Positions 1 through 13,974 are shown, counted from the first letter of the whole stretch. The stretch is DNA of 63,297 nt, filler included, from Chiloscyllium plagiosum (GCF_004010195.1; 4 parts of one record of this genome joined end to end with filler, not necessarily neighbours in it), one strand, 5' to 3'. Numbers and translations: made by a program. The notes: a model not told the origin generated them from the letters alone.

Positions 1-275
1 AGTGACCGTGATGGGGGCGGAAGTAACATCATCAATCAGCGTGGGGGTGGCAGCTGCATCAGCCGCATGGCTAATGGCATCTGAGTAGATTCCGAGGCCA
101 GGAGAATCTTCTGGAATGTTTGAGGAGCACTGGTTATGGAGGTGGGTAGATAAAAGTTTGTTGTACTTACAGTTTTTGATGTTTGAGATGGAATTGAAAT
201 ACTGTTTGTTGAGAGTATGGATTCTCCTGAGGATGTAGTACAGAGTGGGTCCTTTGCAATTCTGAGAGAGTGTGG
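1..275 (-). mobile_element. Penelope-like element, N-terminal coding fragment (runs off window start)
   Basis: Open minus frame translated by eye: TLSQNCKGPTLYYILRRIHTLNKQYFNSISNIKNCKYNKLLST..., resembling the pre-RT N-terminal region of fish/shark PLEs. Confidence 0.5.
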
Positions 276-2405
276 TGAAATTGTACGACTAGCAAAGAGG
301 AAAAAGGAAACATAGATAAGGTCTAGGTGATTAAAGACAAACGAAGCTTTGGAAGAATATTGGGATTGTAGGACTAATCTGAAACAAGGAATTAAGAGGG
401 CTAAAAGGGGTCATGAGATTTCCTTAGCAAACAGGGTTACGGAAAATTCCAAAACCTTTTATTCATATGTAAGGAGCAAGAGGGTAGCTAGCGAAAGGGT
501 TGGCCCACTCAAGGACAAAGGAGGAAAGTTATGCGTGGAATCAGAGAAAATGGGTGAGATTCTTAATGAGTATTTGCTTCAGTATTCACCAAGGAGAGGG
601 ACATGATGGATATTGAGGTTAGGGATAGGTGTTTGATGTCTCTAGGTCAAGTCAGCATTAGGAGGGAGGAAGTGTTGGGTATTCTAAAGTATTGGGGCAG
701 CACGGTGGCTCAGTGGTTAGCACAGCACCAGAACCAGGTTCGATTCCTGCCTAGGGTGACTGACTGTGTGGGGTTTCTCCCACAATCCAAAGATGTGCAG
801 TTTAGGTGAATTGGGCACGCTAAATTGCCCATAGTCAGGAGTAAATATAGGGAAAGGAAATGGGTCTAGGTGGGTTACGTTTTGGAGGGTCGGTGTGGAC
901 TTGTTGGGCCAAAGGGTCTGTTTCAATACTGTAGGGAATCTAATCTAATCTAAAAGTCATTAAGGTGATCAAGTCCCCAGGTCCGGATGGGATCTAGCCC
1001 AGGTTATTGAGGGAAGCGAGAGAGGAAGTAAGTGGGGCTTTAATAGATATCTTTGCAGCATCCTTGAACATGGGTGAGGTCCCAGAGGAAGAGGATAGCA
1101 GGGATAATCCAGGTAATTATAGACCAGTGAACCTGATGTCAGTCATAGGGAAGCTGCTGGAGAAGATACTGAGGGAAAGGATTTATTCCCATTTGGCTTA
1201 TCAGTGGTTTTGTGCAGAGAAGGTCATGCCTTACCAACTTAATAGAATTCTTTGAGGAAGTGACAAAGTTGATTGATGAGGGAAGGGCTGTAAATGTCAT
1301 ATCTATGGACTTTAGTAAGGTGTTTGATAAGTTTCCCCATGGTAGGTTGATGGAGAAAGTGAAGTCACATGGGGCCCGGGGTGTATGAGCTAGATGGATA
1401 GAGAACTGGCTGGGCAGCAGGAGACAGAGAGTAGTAGTGGAAGGGAGTTTCTCAAAATGGAGAACCATCACCAGTGGAGTTCCACAGAGATCAGTGCTGG
1501 GACCATTGTTGTTTGTGATGTGTATAAATAATCTAGAGGAAGATATAGATGGCCTTTGCAGATGACCCTAAAATTGGTGGAGTAGCAGATAGTGAAGGGG
1601 ACTGTGAGAGAATACAGCAGAATGTAGATATATTGGAAATGGGTGGAGAAATGGCAGATGGAGTTCAATCCGGGCAAATGTGAGGTGACGCATTTTGGAA
1701 GATCCAATTCAAGAGCAAACTATACAGTAAATGGAAAAGCCCTGGGCAGAATTGATGTACAGACAGATCTGGGTGTTCAGGCCTATTGTACCCTGACGGT
1801 GGTAACGCAGGTCAGTAGAGTGGTCAAGAAGGCATACTGCATGCTTTTCTTCACCAGATGGGGTATTGAGTACAGGAGTTGGCAGGTCATGTTACAGTTG
1901 TATAGGACTTTGGTTCAGCCAGATTTGGAACACTGTGTACAGTTCTGGTCGCCTTTTTACCAAAAGGATGTGGATGCTTTGGAGAGGGTGCAGAGGAGGT
2001 TCACCAGAATATTGTCTGGTATGGAGGGCACCAGCTATGAACAGAGGTTGAGTAGATTAAGATTATTTTCATTTGAAAGATGGAGATTGATGACTACAAA
2101 ATCATGAGAGATGTAGACAGAGTGGATAAAGCAAGAAACATTTTCCTGGAGTGGAGGACTCAATTACTAAGGGCCACGAGTTCAAATTGAGAGGTGAAAT
2201 GTTTGAGGGAGATATGCATGGCAAGTTCATTATGCAGAGGGTGCTAGATGCCTGGAAAGCGTTATGGCAGAGGCAGCACAATAATGTCATGAATGGGCAG
2301 GGAGCAGAGGGATACAGATCCTTAGAAAATAGGCGATAGGTTTAGATAGAGGCATGGAGGGCCAAAGGGCCGTCCTGTGCTGTAATTTTCTTTTTCCTTT
2401 GTTCT
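276..2405 (+). mobile_element. CR1-clade LINE (HER1-like), 5'-truncated ORF2 (RT and C-terminus) plus 3'UTR, frameshifted; split by an HE1 SINE
   Basis: ORF pieces NSKTFYSYVRSKR, PGNYRPVNLMSVIGKLLEKIL, YMDFSKVFDK, FADD, WQMEFNPGKCEV, LEHCVQFWSP, TKGHEFKL in colinear order; ends in a ttct-rich tail. Confidence 0.95.
694..952 (+). mobile_element. HE1-type tRNA-derived SINE (internally deleted) inserted in CR1
   Basis: Head gcacggtggctcagtggttagcac (A box) and ggttcgattcc (B box); body gatgtgcag..taggtgaattg; (ctaat)n tail; imperfect TSD aaagtatt 686-693 / aaagtcatt 953-961. Confidence 0.92.
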
Positions 2406-2949
2406 CAGGCCATTCCCATGTCCTCCAATACACTACCTTATTCTTCTTTATATGTCAAACTGTCCCCTCCTTTGCCATCTTTTATCTCTCTTTATCGCAG
2501 GTAGCTGCATCAAATCCCCAACATTTAGCCCTCCATTTCCCTACATAGCAGTGTCTCTCATAATACCTCAGACTTCCACTCACACCCATGACTGACCATG
2601 CCCCTCTCCTGACCAACACAGGGGAACACCCTCGACTGATGACTGACCTGACTGCTCTCTGTGTAATGACGATCTACAAATCCCCTGACTTCCTGCCTGG
2701 AAGCTGCAGGACGCACCATGGTCCATTTCCAGACAGTAGTGAGATGAACTCCCGACCCTTACTGTGCCCAAGCCTTTGGGCTGTGAGTAATGAATTCCCT
2801 TGACTGACTCTATTGGTACTTGTGACTGATTTCTGAGGACTGTATACATTTGACCCCAAGGCATGGCCATGTGGTTGAAGCACATGCAGTGTGTTTGCAT
2901 CCCCACAATTTGTTCAGTAAAGTGCAGGTTGAAATACAAAACCACCCAA

Positions 2950-3484
2950 TAGAAATATAGTGTGCAATTCAGGTCTCCCTCCTATTGGAAGGATGTTGTA
3001 AAACTTCAAACGGTTCAGAAAAGGTTTATAAGGCTGTTGCCAGGGTTGGAGGATTTGAGCTATAGGGAGAGGCTGAATAGCTGGGGCTGTTTTCCCTGGA
3101 GCGTCGGAGGCTGAGGCGTGACCTTACAGAGGTTTATAAAATCATGAGGGACATGGAAAAGGTAAATAGACAAGGTCTTTTTGCTGGGGTGGGGGAGTCC
3201 AGAACTTGAGGGCATAGGTTTAGAGTGAAAGGGTAAAAGTTTAAAAGGGACCCAAAGGTCAACATTTTCACACAGAGGGATGTGTGTATGGAATGAGCTG
3301 CCAGAGGAAGTGGTGGAGGCTAGTACAATTACATCATTTAAATGGCATCTGGATGAGTATATGAATAGAAAGCATTTAGAGGGATATGGGCCAAGTGCTG
3401 GAAAATGGGACTAGATTAGATAAGGATAGTTGGTCAGCATGGATGAGTCTATTCCGTGCTGTACATCTCTATGACTCTGTGACT
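2950..3484 (+). mobile_element. CR1 LINE 3' fragment
   Basis: gtgcaattc.ggtctccc...gggcataggtttagagtga...tacatctctatgactctgtgact tail; similar to the copy at 22053-23198. Confidence 0.93.
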
Positions 3485-4689
3485 AAGTAGACCAGAGATG
3501 TGCATGATGATGTCAAGAGTATCTGTCAAGTTGATGATGATGTCAATGCTGGTATCTGTGAGATGACATTGTCTATGAATGTGGGCAGTCACTGTCCATG
3601 GAGTGTTCCCTGAGATATTAGTGCCAGGTATCCAAAGTCAAGGTTTGAAGGAATAAGTGATGCGATGGAGTCACCAAGTAACTGCTTTAATGTTCATGTC
3701 AGGAACTCTCGGTATCTAGTTTTTATCCAGCAGGTGGTAGAATAAAAGAGTGCATATAAATATGTTAGGTTTTTGTTGTAACAGGGTGATAATGAGCAAT
3801 TATCCCTGTTAATAGCCCTCTTGCCACTCATCTCAACGTTTAACACTTGGTTGAGAAATAGGGCGGTTTGGTCATTATGTCGAAAAGTGCCTTGCTGGAC
3901 ACTTCTGACTATTTTCCTAAATTTCTCACAATGGCACACATTGCTCAGAGGGCCATGAAGTTTCCACCAATAAAGACATAGTAAATATGGCAACAGAAGG
4001 ACTGGAAATAAGACACAGATTGTATACCACTCCTGGTACCTAAAAATGAAGCAGATCAGATCTTGTGATTAGACTGTGTCTTGAAAGGAAGAAAACACAA
4101 AAATTCAACCGACAGAAAGGCAGGATGCACATGGGAATAAATGTTTATTAGCATCTTTAATGGACAGTACTGATGTTGAATTAAGTCAAGGGAACTTGCT
4201 TTGATTGTTTGTGCATCTGTATATTTGCTGTCTGCAAAATAAAGCAGCCTAGTGGTTTCCATGGTGTCTTGTGTCATCAAGTGTTCATCAAACCAAGTTC
4301 AGTTGGATTAAAGAAACGCAAGTGAAGGCATGTGAGAAAGAAACAATATCTAATTCAGGTCATGTGGTGATTCTATTGCAACCCCTCTGGGATTTGCTGT
4401 TGTGTTATTAGATATTGAGCAGCTATTTCTGGGCTAGAACTAGTGCACAATCTTGAATTTTGGGATGAACAAAATTGGCGGCTTCAAGGAGCAGCTGAAA
4501 GAATGCCTGACTTGATGCCTTGAACTATTTTCCAGTTATCTAGGATGGTAACTAAATAAAAAAATTAAACATTCAAAAACTAGCATTAAATGCCTTTCAT
4601 AAGCTGATGACTGCCTTAATGTCTGTTTCAGGATATTTTAGAAATATCAGGCTTTCCTAAGTTGAGCTGGTATCAAGCTAGCATGAATG

Positions 4690-5060
4690 CAGCCTATACT
4701 CTCCAGAGTTTAGAAAAAATGAGAAATTATCTCTGAAACACACAGGATCCTGAGGAGTTTCACTGAAATATGGCTTCCAGTAGCTGAAAAATCTAGAACA
4801 TGAGAGCACAGCTCCAGGATAATGGGTCAATCTGATGAGAAATTTATTTAGTCAAATACCTGAGAATCTTTGGAATTCTCCAACCTGGGGAGTTATGGAT
4901 GATCCATCATTTCATACGTTTGAGACTGAGATAGAATTTTGGCCTTTCAGGGAGAAAGGAATATGGTGAGCAAGTGGGCAATGGAGTTGATGCCAAGACC
5001 AGCCATATTGTACTGAATGGTAAAATGTTTCCAAAGGACTGTGTGGTCTATTCTTTATGC
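4690..5060 (+). mobile_element. Old, decayed CR1 3' fragment
   Basis: ctatactctccagagtttagaa...gagaatctttggaattctc...agccatattgtactgaatgg pattern typical of CR1 3' ends. Confidence 0.65.
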
Positions 5061-6749
5061 CACTTTCTTTGTGCTAAGACAGCACCCACAATTTTAAATT
5101 TTAGAAAAAGTTGAATTCATATTCGAGCCAAGAGAATACTCCAGCTACTTTAGCATGATGACAAGTTTAATAGTTCCTAACAATCAATTGCCCTCCTCCA
5201 ATATTTTTCTACCTCTTTCAAGGATTTGTTGTACTAACAGGCATGACCAATTTAGAGGAAAACATAACAGTCTCAACTTAAACAGGAATACCTTGAATAT
5301 CAAATAAAAAAGATGTGGAAGGTTTATGTTCTGGCATCTCAGACACGAACCAAAAGAAGACAGACGAGTGCAGTGAAAGGAAATAGGTGGACTATGAAAC
5401 TGACACTCAAATGGAATAGGAAGTTAGTCAATTCAAAAGAGAAACCTTAATATAAATCCTATTCTGTTTCTTTGTATCGTTAGTGATTTAGCAGTATACT
5501 TGTCAGTTTCTGCTTAAGTGATAACGCATATTTGTTTCGAAAGAAAAAGCAACATTATATAAAACTTCGCAAATAGAAAGCAAAGTCTCTGAGAAGTCTA
5601 TAGGTTAATATTTTATGTAGCAGCTACCATCTGTCAACAATTGGTTTCTTCCTGCTCTAAAATAAATCAGTCATGGGTACTGGCAGAGTCATTAACACAT
5701 GTATGCATGTAATAATGGTTTTGACATCATGGACCGTCATATATACTCATAAAAGAGATTTTTTTTTCTTATATATACAGAACTATCACGTATAGTTACT
5801 GTTGGGCATGGTTGATGGATTTTGAAATCAGCAGTGGTGAATTATGTTTCTTTGTTTCTTTTGCTGTTCTGAGAATGTAGGGAACCTTTTAAAAGGAGTC
5901 TCCCTGCTGTGGAAAACATAAATGAGTTGAGAAATGATTGTGGGCACTATTGACTTACTGATGCCTGTAGTTATTCCAGCATGAGGTCGAGAAATGATAG
6001 TAGCATAAAAAGTAGCTCCATTGGTAACCCTCACAAGCACCACAAAAATGGAATTTGGTATATATTTGTCATCCATGATTGTTAACACATTCAAATACAA
6101 CATTAGGTCGACATTATCAAAGCAACTCTGAAAGTAGAAATGGGTTCTGATTGCACTTGTAACAATGGTGAAATTATCAGCTTTAGCTGTCATTAATCTG
6201 AAGCTGAAACCAACTTCCAGTGGCCATACATGCATAATGAAAGACAGAAGTGCTGAAATTACTGGCAGTGATTCCCTACTCCTCACCACATTAACATGAA
6301 CTGTCACTTCTTATATTATTGTTCTTATTGTAAAAACTATTGAAAAAGTATTATTGAATGAAATGCAAGTTTGTTTTTAATGGCATTTTGACTCATAATG
6401 CATTGTTTGTCATCTTTCAAAATTCCCCAGACTCTGGCAACATACCAACGGGTTGGAAACCCTAAATGTCACTCTTCTGTTCCAGAAAAGAGGCAGAAAA
6501 AAAAATTGAAATTATGGGCCTGTTAACCTAACTTCTGTTGTTGGGTAAATGCTAGAATTTTCATTATAAGGCAGAAAGTAGGACTTGGAAAACCAAAGGG
6601 CAGGTTTAACATAGTTTTGTGAAACGGTAAGCAGACTCGAAAAATGTATGTTTTTTTAAAGCAATATAACAAATGGAGAGGGTAAAGGTGAACCAGTCGC
6701 TGTAACATATTTTAAATTCCACAAGGTATTCAGTAATATAAAACGTAAT

Positions 6750-7722
6750 TTTTTTTACATATTCACTCATAGGACATGGACATCGCTGGCTGGCCAGCAT
6801 TTCTTACCCACCCTAATTGCCCTTGATGGTGAGCTGCCTTCTGGAACCATTGTGGGCTGACCCACATTGCCCTTTGGAGGGAATTCTAGGATTTTTACCC
6901 AGGGGCGGTTAACGAAAGGCAATATACTTCCAAGTCAAACAGGTGAGTAGATTGGAGGGGAAATTGTAGATGGTGGTGTTCCCACGTATCTGCTGCCCTT
7001 GTCACTCTAGATGTAAGTGGACAAGAGCTTAGAAGGTATTGTCTAAAGATCTTTGGTGAATTTCTGCGGTGCGTCTTGTAGATAGTAGAGGGAGTGGATA
7101 GATGTGGATGTGGAGCCACTCAAGTGGGCTGCTTTATCATGGATGGTGTGAAGCTTCTTGATTGGTGTTGGAGCTGTATCCATCCAGGCAGTGGAGAGTA
7201 TTCTATCACATTCCTAGCTTGTGCCTTGTAGATGGAGGACAAGCTCTGGGGAGTCAGGAGGTGAGTTAGTCATCGCAGTATTCCTAACTGCTGACCTGCT
7301 GTTGTAGCCACTGTGTTTACATGATGAGTCCAGATGATTTTCAGATCAATGATTACCATGAGGAAATTGATTGTATGAAGGTTCATTGATGGTAACATCA
7401 TTGAATATCAAGGACGGTGATTAGATTGTTTCTTATTAAAGGTGGTCATTGCTTAACATTTGTGTGATGTGAATGTAACTTGCCAATTGTCAATTCTAGC
7501 TTGGATACAGAACAGGATTTGTTGTATTTGAACATGGGCTGCTTCAGTGTTTGAAGCCTATTTTCTAAGGATCTGTATCCCTCTGCTCCCTGCCCATTCA
7601 TGTATCTGTCTAGATACATCTTAAATGATGCTATCATGCCCGCCTCTGTGAATGGTGCCGAACATTGTGCAATCATTGGCAAACATCCCCATTTCTGATC
7701 TCATGATGGAGGGAAGGTCACT
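6750..7722 (-). mobile_element. LINE-B (CR1/L2-group LINE) 3' portion
   Basis: 3' tail gggcaattagggtgggtaagaaatgctggccagccagcgatgtccatg on the minus strand; C-terminal coding remnants (LSSIYKAQARNVIEYS-like); homologous to 47770-48832. Confidence 0.85.
7556..7648 (-). mobile_element. Short CR1 3'UTR fragment nested in LINE-B
   Basis: Reverse complement matches 2288-2335 (atgaatgggcagggagcagagggatacagatccttagaaaataggc). Confidence 0.85.
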
Positions 7723-8186
7723 GCAAAACATAAAAGCTTATGGTGTTGGATGTAACATAATAGCATAGACAGAGTACTGGCTAACTAATAAAAATCAGAT
7801 CTTTTAGCTGAATTGTTTGTTTTTCAAAATGGCATACTTTAATTGGTGGAACACCACATCGATCAATGGTAAAGTCTCAATTATTTTGTATATATGTTAA
7901 TTACTGACATTGCCAAGTCAGATTGGCTGATGAGGCAAAAGCAGGTAGGAAATCAATCCCTGAGGAGAATGCAGAAAGTCTGCAAAATGATACATACAGA
8001 GGATAACTGATTTGCCAAAAAGTTGGCACATTGAGTGTAATTTGAGAAAATCTGAGGTTGTTCACTTTTGCAGGATAGAAATTATGAATATTATGCAAAT
8101 AAAAACTGAAAAATGTTGCAATGTAGTGGGACCTGGCTGTCCTTGAGGATGAATCAGTAAAAATCAACATGCAGTCACAGCAAGTA

Positions 8187-8394
8187 TTGAAAACAACACA
8201 TGCTGGAGGTCACAGAAGATCAGGCAGCATCCAAGGAGAGAGAGCAAACTAATGTTTCAAGTCTAGATGACTCTTCATCAGAATGAAACGTAAGCTTGCT
8301 CTCTCTCCATGGATGCTGTCTGAACTGCTGTGATCTCCAAGCTTTTGTTGTTTTCAGTATAGATTTCAGCACCTGCAGTAATTTGCTCCTAGGT
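8187..8394. mobile_element. Fold-back PLE-derived element with hammerhead ribozyme in the loop
   Basis: Imperfect inverted arms ~8188-8259 / 8284-8355; minus strand 8254-8281 reads CTGATGA-A-GAGTC-ATCTA-GACTT-GAAAC; TSD acagcaagta 8177-8186 / acaggaagta 8395-8404. Confidence 0.8.
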
Positions 8395-11300
8395 ACAGGA
8401 AGTAGTTAGGAAGGCAAATGGGATGTTGGCCTTTACTGTAAGGGGGATATAAGGCTATGGCAACTTTACCTCTGCAAGGGAGATGGAGTATTAATTTACA
8501 GCAGTCTTGCTTGTACAAAACATTGGTAAGGCCATTCCTAGAGCATTGTGTAGAGATTTGGTCATTATGTAAGGAGAGACATGCTTGCTTGTGAACCAGG
8601 TCAAAGTTTCATTCGGGTGATTCCTGGGATTAAGTGTTTGTCTTGTCAGGAGGACTTAAGCTGGCTGGGACTATATTCATGGGAATTTTGAAGAATTGGT
8701 TGGTTATCTTATTGAATCATGTAAGATTCTAATAATTTCTGATGGGAGATGCTGAGATGATGTTTTCATTTGTGTGAGAATATAGAACTCAGAGGCACAG
8801 TTTCAAAATAAAGGGTCTCCAGAGATAAAGCGGAGATTCAGTAATTCTCTTCCTTAGAGAGAAGTGGAGGCTGTGTCATTGAAGACATTCAAGATTGAGG
8901 TGGATCAACTTTTGATGATCACGTCAGGCAAGGATTATGGGAAACATGCAGGGATGTGGAATTAAGGCCACCATATTGGACAGTGGAGCAAGGTCAAGGG
9001 CTGAATGAACTATTCCTGCTTTTATTTCTTACTCGTTTATAATTGTTGCTCAACCACCTTTCTGATTCTAGAAAGATAACTTTAAGTCCATGCCATGCCA
9101 AATTTCTTCATTCTAAGCATTCAATAGATTTTTAAATCAGTAAGGTCACTTTTGTGAAAATAAGTGTTTTTGAACTTATGTCCAGTTTTTATGAACGCTT
9201 TCTATAAAATTGAGGGGGAAATGAATGATAAAATCTACCTCTTTGTAATTTGTGAGAATTTCTGAATGTATTCTGAGCCAGTCCGCCAAAGAAAGGGCAG
9301 TGAAGAAAATCTTCATTGAAGCCAAAAGACCCACCTTTGTGGCACAATACGTTGTTTAAGTTGTTTAAATGTCCAAAACCTCTGAGAAATATAAAGTAAA
9401 TCTGTAAGGTAAGTGGGTTAGTGGAGGTAAGATGACATCATGTGTAAGGGATAGGTTGGGAGGTAGGTGAGAGGTAGCTGAATGGGTGGGGAAATATGTT
9501 GGCAGTGGATGGAGTAAGGGTGGCAGATCGTGGGTAAGTAAATAGGGATCAGAGAGGTCAGTGAGGGAATAGGGTGGTAGGTATAAGAGGGGTTGGTGAG
9601 GCAGGCATGTCAAGAATAGGTTGACAAGTGAGGGGGTAGGTTGATGCTGGGTGTGGAGACAAGCTGGCAATTGGGCACTTGAGAGGATAGAGTAACAGAT
9701 GGAGGGAAAGGCAGGACAATGGATGGATGAGTGAACAGACAAGTTGTCAACTAGGTTGTTGGGTGATTGAATGGCGGGGGACATTGGCGTTGAGCTAGGG
9801 TACTACTTGGGTTAGGGATCAGCAGGAATTTTGAAGACAGCCAGAGGCTCAGGTATGAGGTTGGAGGAGGGCTGGAGGGAGCAGGGGTAGGCCAGTGGGG
9901 AACCAGGGTGATATGTGGTACAGTTATTCAGGAGAGAACAGGGTTTGAATGCATCCAGCATATCTTTCATAACTATTAGAGAGAATGAGTCAGCACCCTC
10001 TAAAGTCTCTAACTCTAAGTCAGAGCTGGAGGCTTTTTCATTGAGTTCCAGATGCATGCATGGTAATTTCCCATCGGTAGTATAAATTTCCCAGGCACTC
10101 CATATGTAGACAGTATGAGGATTCCAAAGCAGATCTTTGGAGGAACATCCAGCATCCAGCAATCCAAGCACCAGAAGATCTGGGTCATAATTTATTGGGC
10201 ATTATTGTGAGCAATATCAATGGAAGCAAAATTAAATGCAAAGAGGTTTTAATAAATTAAGAGAATGGGCAAAATTGTGTGGGTTCCAATATTGGTAACG
10301 TGTGAGAGATTGTCACAGTCACCTTGCTAAGATATATATGCTGCCATCATTCCCCTTTTTGTTTGGAATCTAAAAGGTCTGGCTGGTCTAGAAGGAAATG
10401 ACTTGATGGTCTAATGAGCAGAGGCTCTTTTCTGAAGCAAGCTGAAGCAATGAATACAAAATACATTGGTATGATACATATCAGGCAAAATCTTATAGAG
10501 ATCTGAGCAATGTGGCTATGGCAAGATTTGTGACAGAATCAAATGAGACATCCAGTGAGGCCTATCTTGCCGTCAGGAGCATCTCGCTCCATTATATTGT
10601 GTGTAGTTTTGTCATACTTATCTGAGGAAGGATGTTATGGCTGAGATGAGGAGAAATTTCTGGATGCCTCCTGGTACCAGCCTGTCTCTTTGTGAGGATG
10701 GGAAATCTGGAGTGCAGGCCAGGGTCCTCATCCCACTGTTGCCATGCCCTTGTTGCTGAGGACTAATGACTGAACAATAGATTGCAGGGTCTCTCCATCA
10801 GACCGTGAGAATGCTGGACCTGACTCTCCATGGCATCCACCGACCAGTCCATGGAGGCAGCAAGATGATCCTATGACTGCAGCTTTTGGACTATGAAAGC
10901 AATTGCAACCCATTTCCCTGTCTACTGCTTCTGTTCCTCCCTGCGCGTGAGGACAAAGTCTCTGATTGCTGACACCACAGGGGCCCCTCCAGCCTGGGAC
11001 TGAGCTGGTGCCTGGTCTCCAGCGCTTCTCCAAGTGCCAGAGACCAGGGGAGATTCTTCCTCAGCCAGCTGTGGCAATGTCACAGTGAGGTGCTTACCAG
11101 ATTGTTGTCACACACTCTTTAACGTTATCATTCTCACTGAGGTGTCAGTGTTAGAGCTAGTTGGAGGTGAAGGAGGCAGTCTTGTCCATTCTACCTTTTA
11201 GTTCTTGGTACTGTTATTCTCAGAGGACATGAGCCAGCTATTTCTCTGTGGAGGTAGTGGAGGCATTGGCAGCACCATGTTCAGCATAATGGGTGAATAT

Positions 11301-11574
11301 TTGTGAAAAATTAGAACCAGAATTTTCAAGAATGATGTTGGGAAACACTTCTAAACATAAACGGCTTGGCAGATTAGAAATCTCTTCCACAAATTGGCAA
11401 TTGCTGCTGGATCAATTGCCAATTCCAAATCTGAGATTGACAACTTATTGTTGGTCAAATGATTTCATGGATATGAATCAGAAGTGAGTACATGAAGGCA
11501 GGTTTCCAATCAGCCAGATCAAATTAGATAACAGAAAACTTATGTTCAGATGAATTGGCATCTTTCTTAATGGT

Positions 11575-11975
11575 GGGCACCTTGGATTCAGTGACAGAAC
11601 TCTTGCCTTTGAGTTAGAAACCTCAATATATAAACCCAGCTGCAGGGACTTCAGCACATGATCCATGTTGACTGAGCAAGGACTATTTTCAAATGTCACA
11701 AAAGTACCGGGGCTCCACCTACCCTGCCGGGGGATATAAAAGATCTCATACAACACTTTGAAGAAGTTTGGGTGGACCTGGTGGTATTCTGATGAACATT
11801 TATTCCTCAGCCAGCATCAATTAAAAACAGATTACTTGATCATTTATTATTTTAGTTCGGTTTGTGGAATGTTGTTGCATTTCCTGCCTTACTTAAATTC
11901 TGAAAAAAATATGTCAATGACTGTATGGTCCTTTGAGACAACCCAAGGCTCTTAAATATGTCATATATTTCTTTA
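11575..11975 (+). mobile_element. Ancient SacSINE1/DeuSINE-like tRNA-derived SINE (degenerate)
   Basis: Recalled consensus landmarks in order: actcttgcctttgagttagaa, ggacttcagcacat, aaaagatctcat, catttattcctca, aaaacagattacttgatcatt, gtttgtggaat, tail taaatatgtcatatatttcttt. Confidence 0.5.
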
Positions 11976-12951
11976 ATTAATGACAAATCTATATTTTTTT
12001 TAAATCTGGATTTTGTATTAAATGCAATATTTTGTACACCTCATCTAAACAGAATTCACGTTCCTATTCACATTTTTTTTATAATTGCCTACTGTCTTTT
12101 TTCAGTTGAAGTGTGATTCATCATACAAAAGGCATATTGTAAAATTTACCAATTAGTGGATTGAATTAATAAATCCTCATACAAAAGTGCTTTGGGAAAT
12201 TTGCCATTCTACAGAAAAAATTAGCTACAATTTTAGCTTAATGCATGATACATTTCCATAATTTAAATACAGAAACAACATTTACTTTGATGGCTAAATG
12301 TACTTTGATCTTCATATGATATACTAGTTAATTTTGAATTCTCTTGCAAAAGGGCTCCTATAATCAATGACCACCACTTTGGAGGTGTTTTACTTTTTAA
12401 AGAAAATGTGCGATTCACCTCATCTGACATTAAGTAGTATTGTAACATATATTCAAAGCAGACAAACATATGGATGCCATGTAAAATTACATATTACATG
12501 TGAAAAAACAACCTTTTAAAAAATTAAAAAAGCAAATTCTCATGTTACTTTATAATTGGAGGACAATGGCTGATATGTGGGATCTTATTCAGTACTTTTG
12601 ATCCAATGATTATCTTTGCAGCAAGTTATTCATAAATAGTTGACATCATTCATTCAAAACTTTGGTATTGTTCTCACTAACTAGGATTATTGCTTTCTCA
12701 TTGATTCAGTTATACATGATTAAATATAGAGAAAATAAAGGGTTGAAAATTATATAGATTATGGATCTCAAAGGTTTGCAAATGTATTGAATTTTGATTA
12801 AATTACAAGTACATATATAATTAGATGTGTTCAGCATTTTTTTTCAGCATCTTGCTATCCTGCAAGTTTTACTAACAAAATAACTGTGCCTCTAAAATGA
12901 ATCATTAGTGGCTTTTATACTTTTGTATTTAAATGAACTAAATTTCAGTGA

Positions 12952-13321
12952 TGATTTAGAGATGCCGGTGTTGGACTGGGGTATACAAAGTTAAAAATCA
13001 CACAACACCAGGTTATAGTCCAACAGGTTTAACTGGGAGCACACTAGCTTTCGGAGCGACGCTCCTCCATCAGGTGATTGTGGAGGGCTCGATCGTAACA
13101 CAGAATTTATAGCAAAAATTTACAGTGTGATGTAACTGAAATTATACATTGAAAAATTGATTGTCTGTTAAGCCTTTCATCTGTTAGAATACAGTAATAG
13201 TTTCACTTCTTTCATGTGTAAATCACAAAACCTTTTTTTTAAAGGTTTTGTCGCTCTGAAAGCTAGTGTGCTTCCAATTAAACCTGTTGTACTATAACCT
13301 AGTGTTGTGTAATTTTTAACT
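12952..13321. mobile_element. PLE-derived element with inverted termini (family B) and hammerhead core
   Basis: Inverted arms 12989-13060 / 13250-13321; minus strand 13049-13073 CTGATGG-AGGAGC-GTC-GCTCC-GAAA; flanking direct repeat aactaaatttcagtga 12936-12951 / 13318-13333. Confidence 0.85.
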
Positions 13322-13974
13322 AAATTTCAGTGAGTCAGCTAAAAAAGAGATATCCGGAAAAGAGACATTACTTGCCAAATAGATATCTTTACTACTTTCA
13401 ATTCTTCAATTCTGATTTTATCAAAGATTCAAGGAGATAAGTTGAATGGCTTTCCACAAGGTGCTGATCTAAATGATAAAGGCACAATCTTTGGTATAAT
13501 CTTATTTGGTGATGTGCTTGAGAACCATGTGTGATTCAGCAACAAGGTAGGCTTTTCAGTGGTGACCAGCCAGTAGCTGAGAAGGCTGCAGTAATGGGTA
13601 ACATATTAAAAAGCCTTTTGGAAAAACATGGAGGCTCTACATCATGTACATCTCCTTCCTGCTGAAATCCGTTGTCATTAACTTAAGACTTGAGAGCAAT
13701 AAGTTGGCATGGATCTTTTTCCAAATTACATTAGTTTCACTGTATTAATGAATCATTATTTATTGAGACTATCTTAATGTGAAACCCAAATGAACTGACA
13801 CACTTCACAATGGGTAGATATTGATGGTCAAAGGGAGGTTAAGGAACACTTTCTTTAATGTGAGAAAACACTTTCTTTTGCTGACTCTATTGAATATTAA
13901 TGTAATGTTGCACCCACTGCTCTGTGGAGCATGACTGAACTTGTAAACTTAGCTTGCCATCACTTTTGTACATT

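Larger units (their letters stand above)
6405..9030 (+). mobile_element. Old, decayed CR1 ORF2/3'UTR, interrupted by LINE-B (6750-7722) and a PLE hairpin (8187-8394)
   Basis: Degenerate RT motifs (ggcctgttaacctaacttctgttgttgggtaaatgctaga; tggctgatgaggcaaaa; ctagagcattgtgtagagatttggtc) continue colinearly across the insertions. Confidence 0.75.

Noticed and set aside
3694..4040. Minus ORF after an acceptor-like site
   Set aside because: No recognisable motif in any frame
9365..9900. Pro/Leu/His-rich ORFs
   Set aside because: By-product of a G/A-rich low-complexity tract
10660..11100. Possible Harbinger accessory-ORF remnant
   Set aside because: Only a vague compositional resemblance; no diagnostic motif
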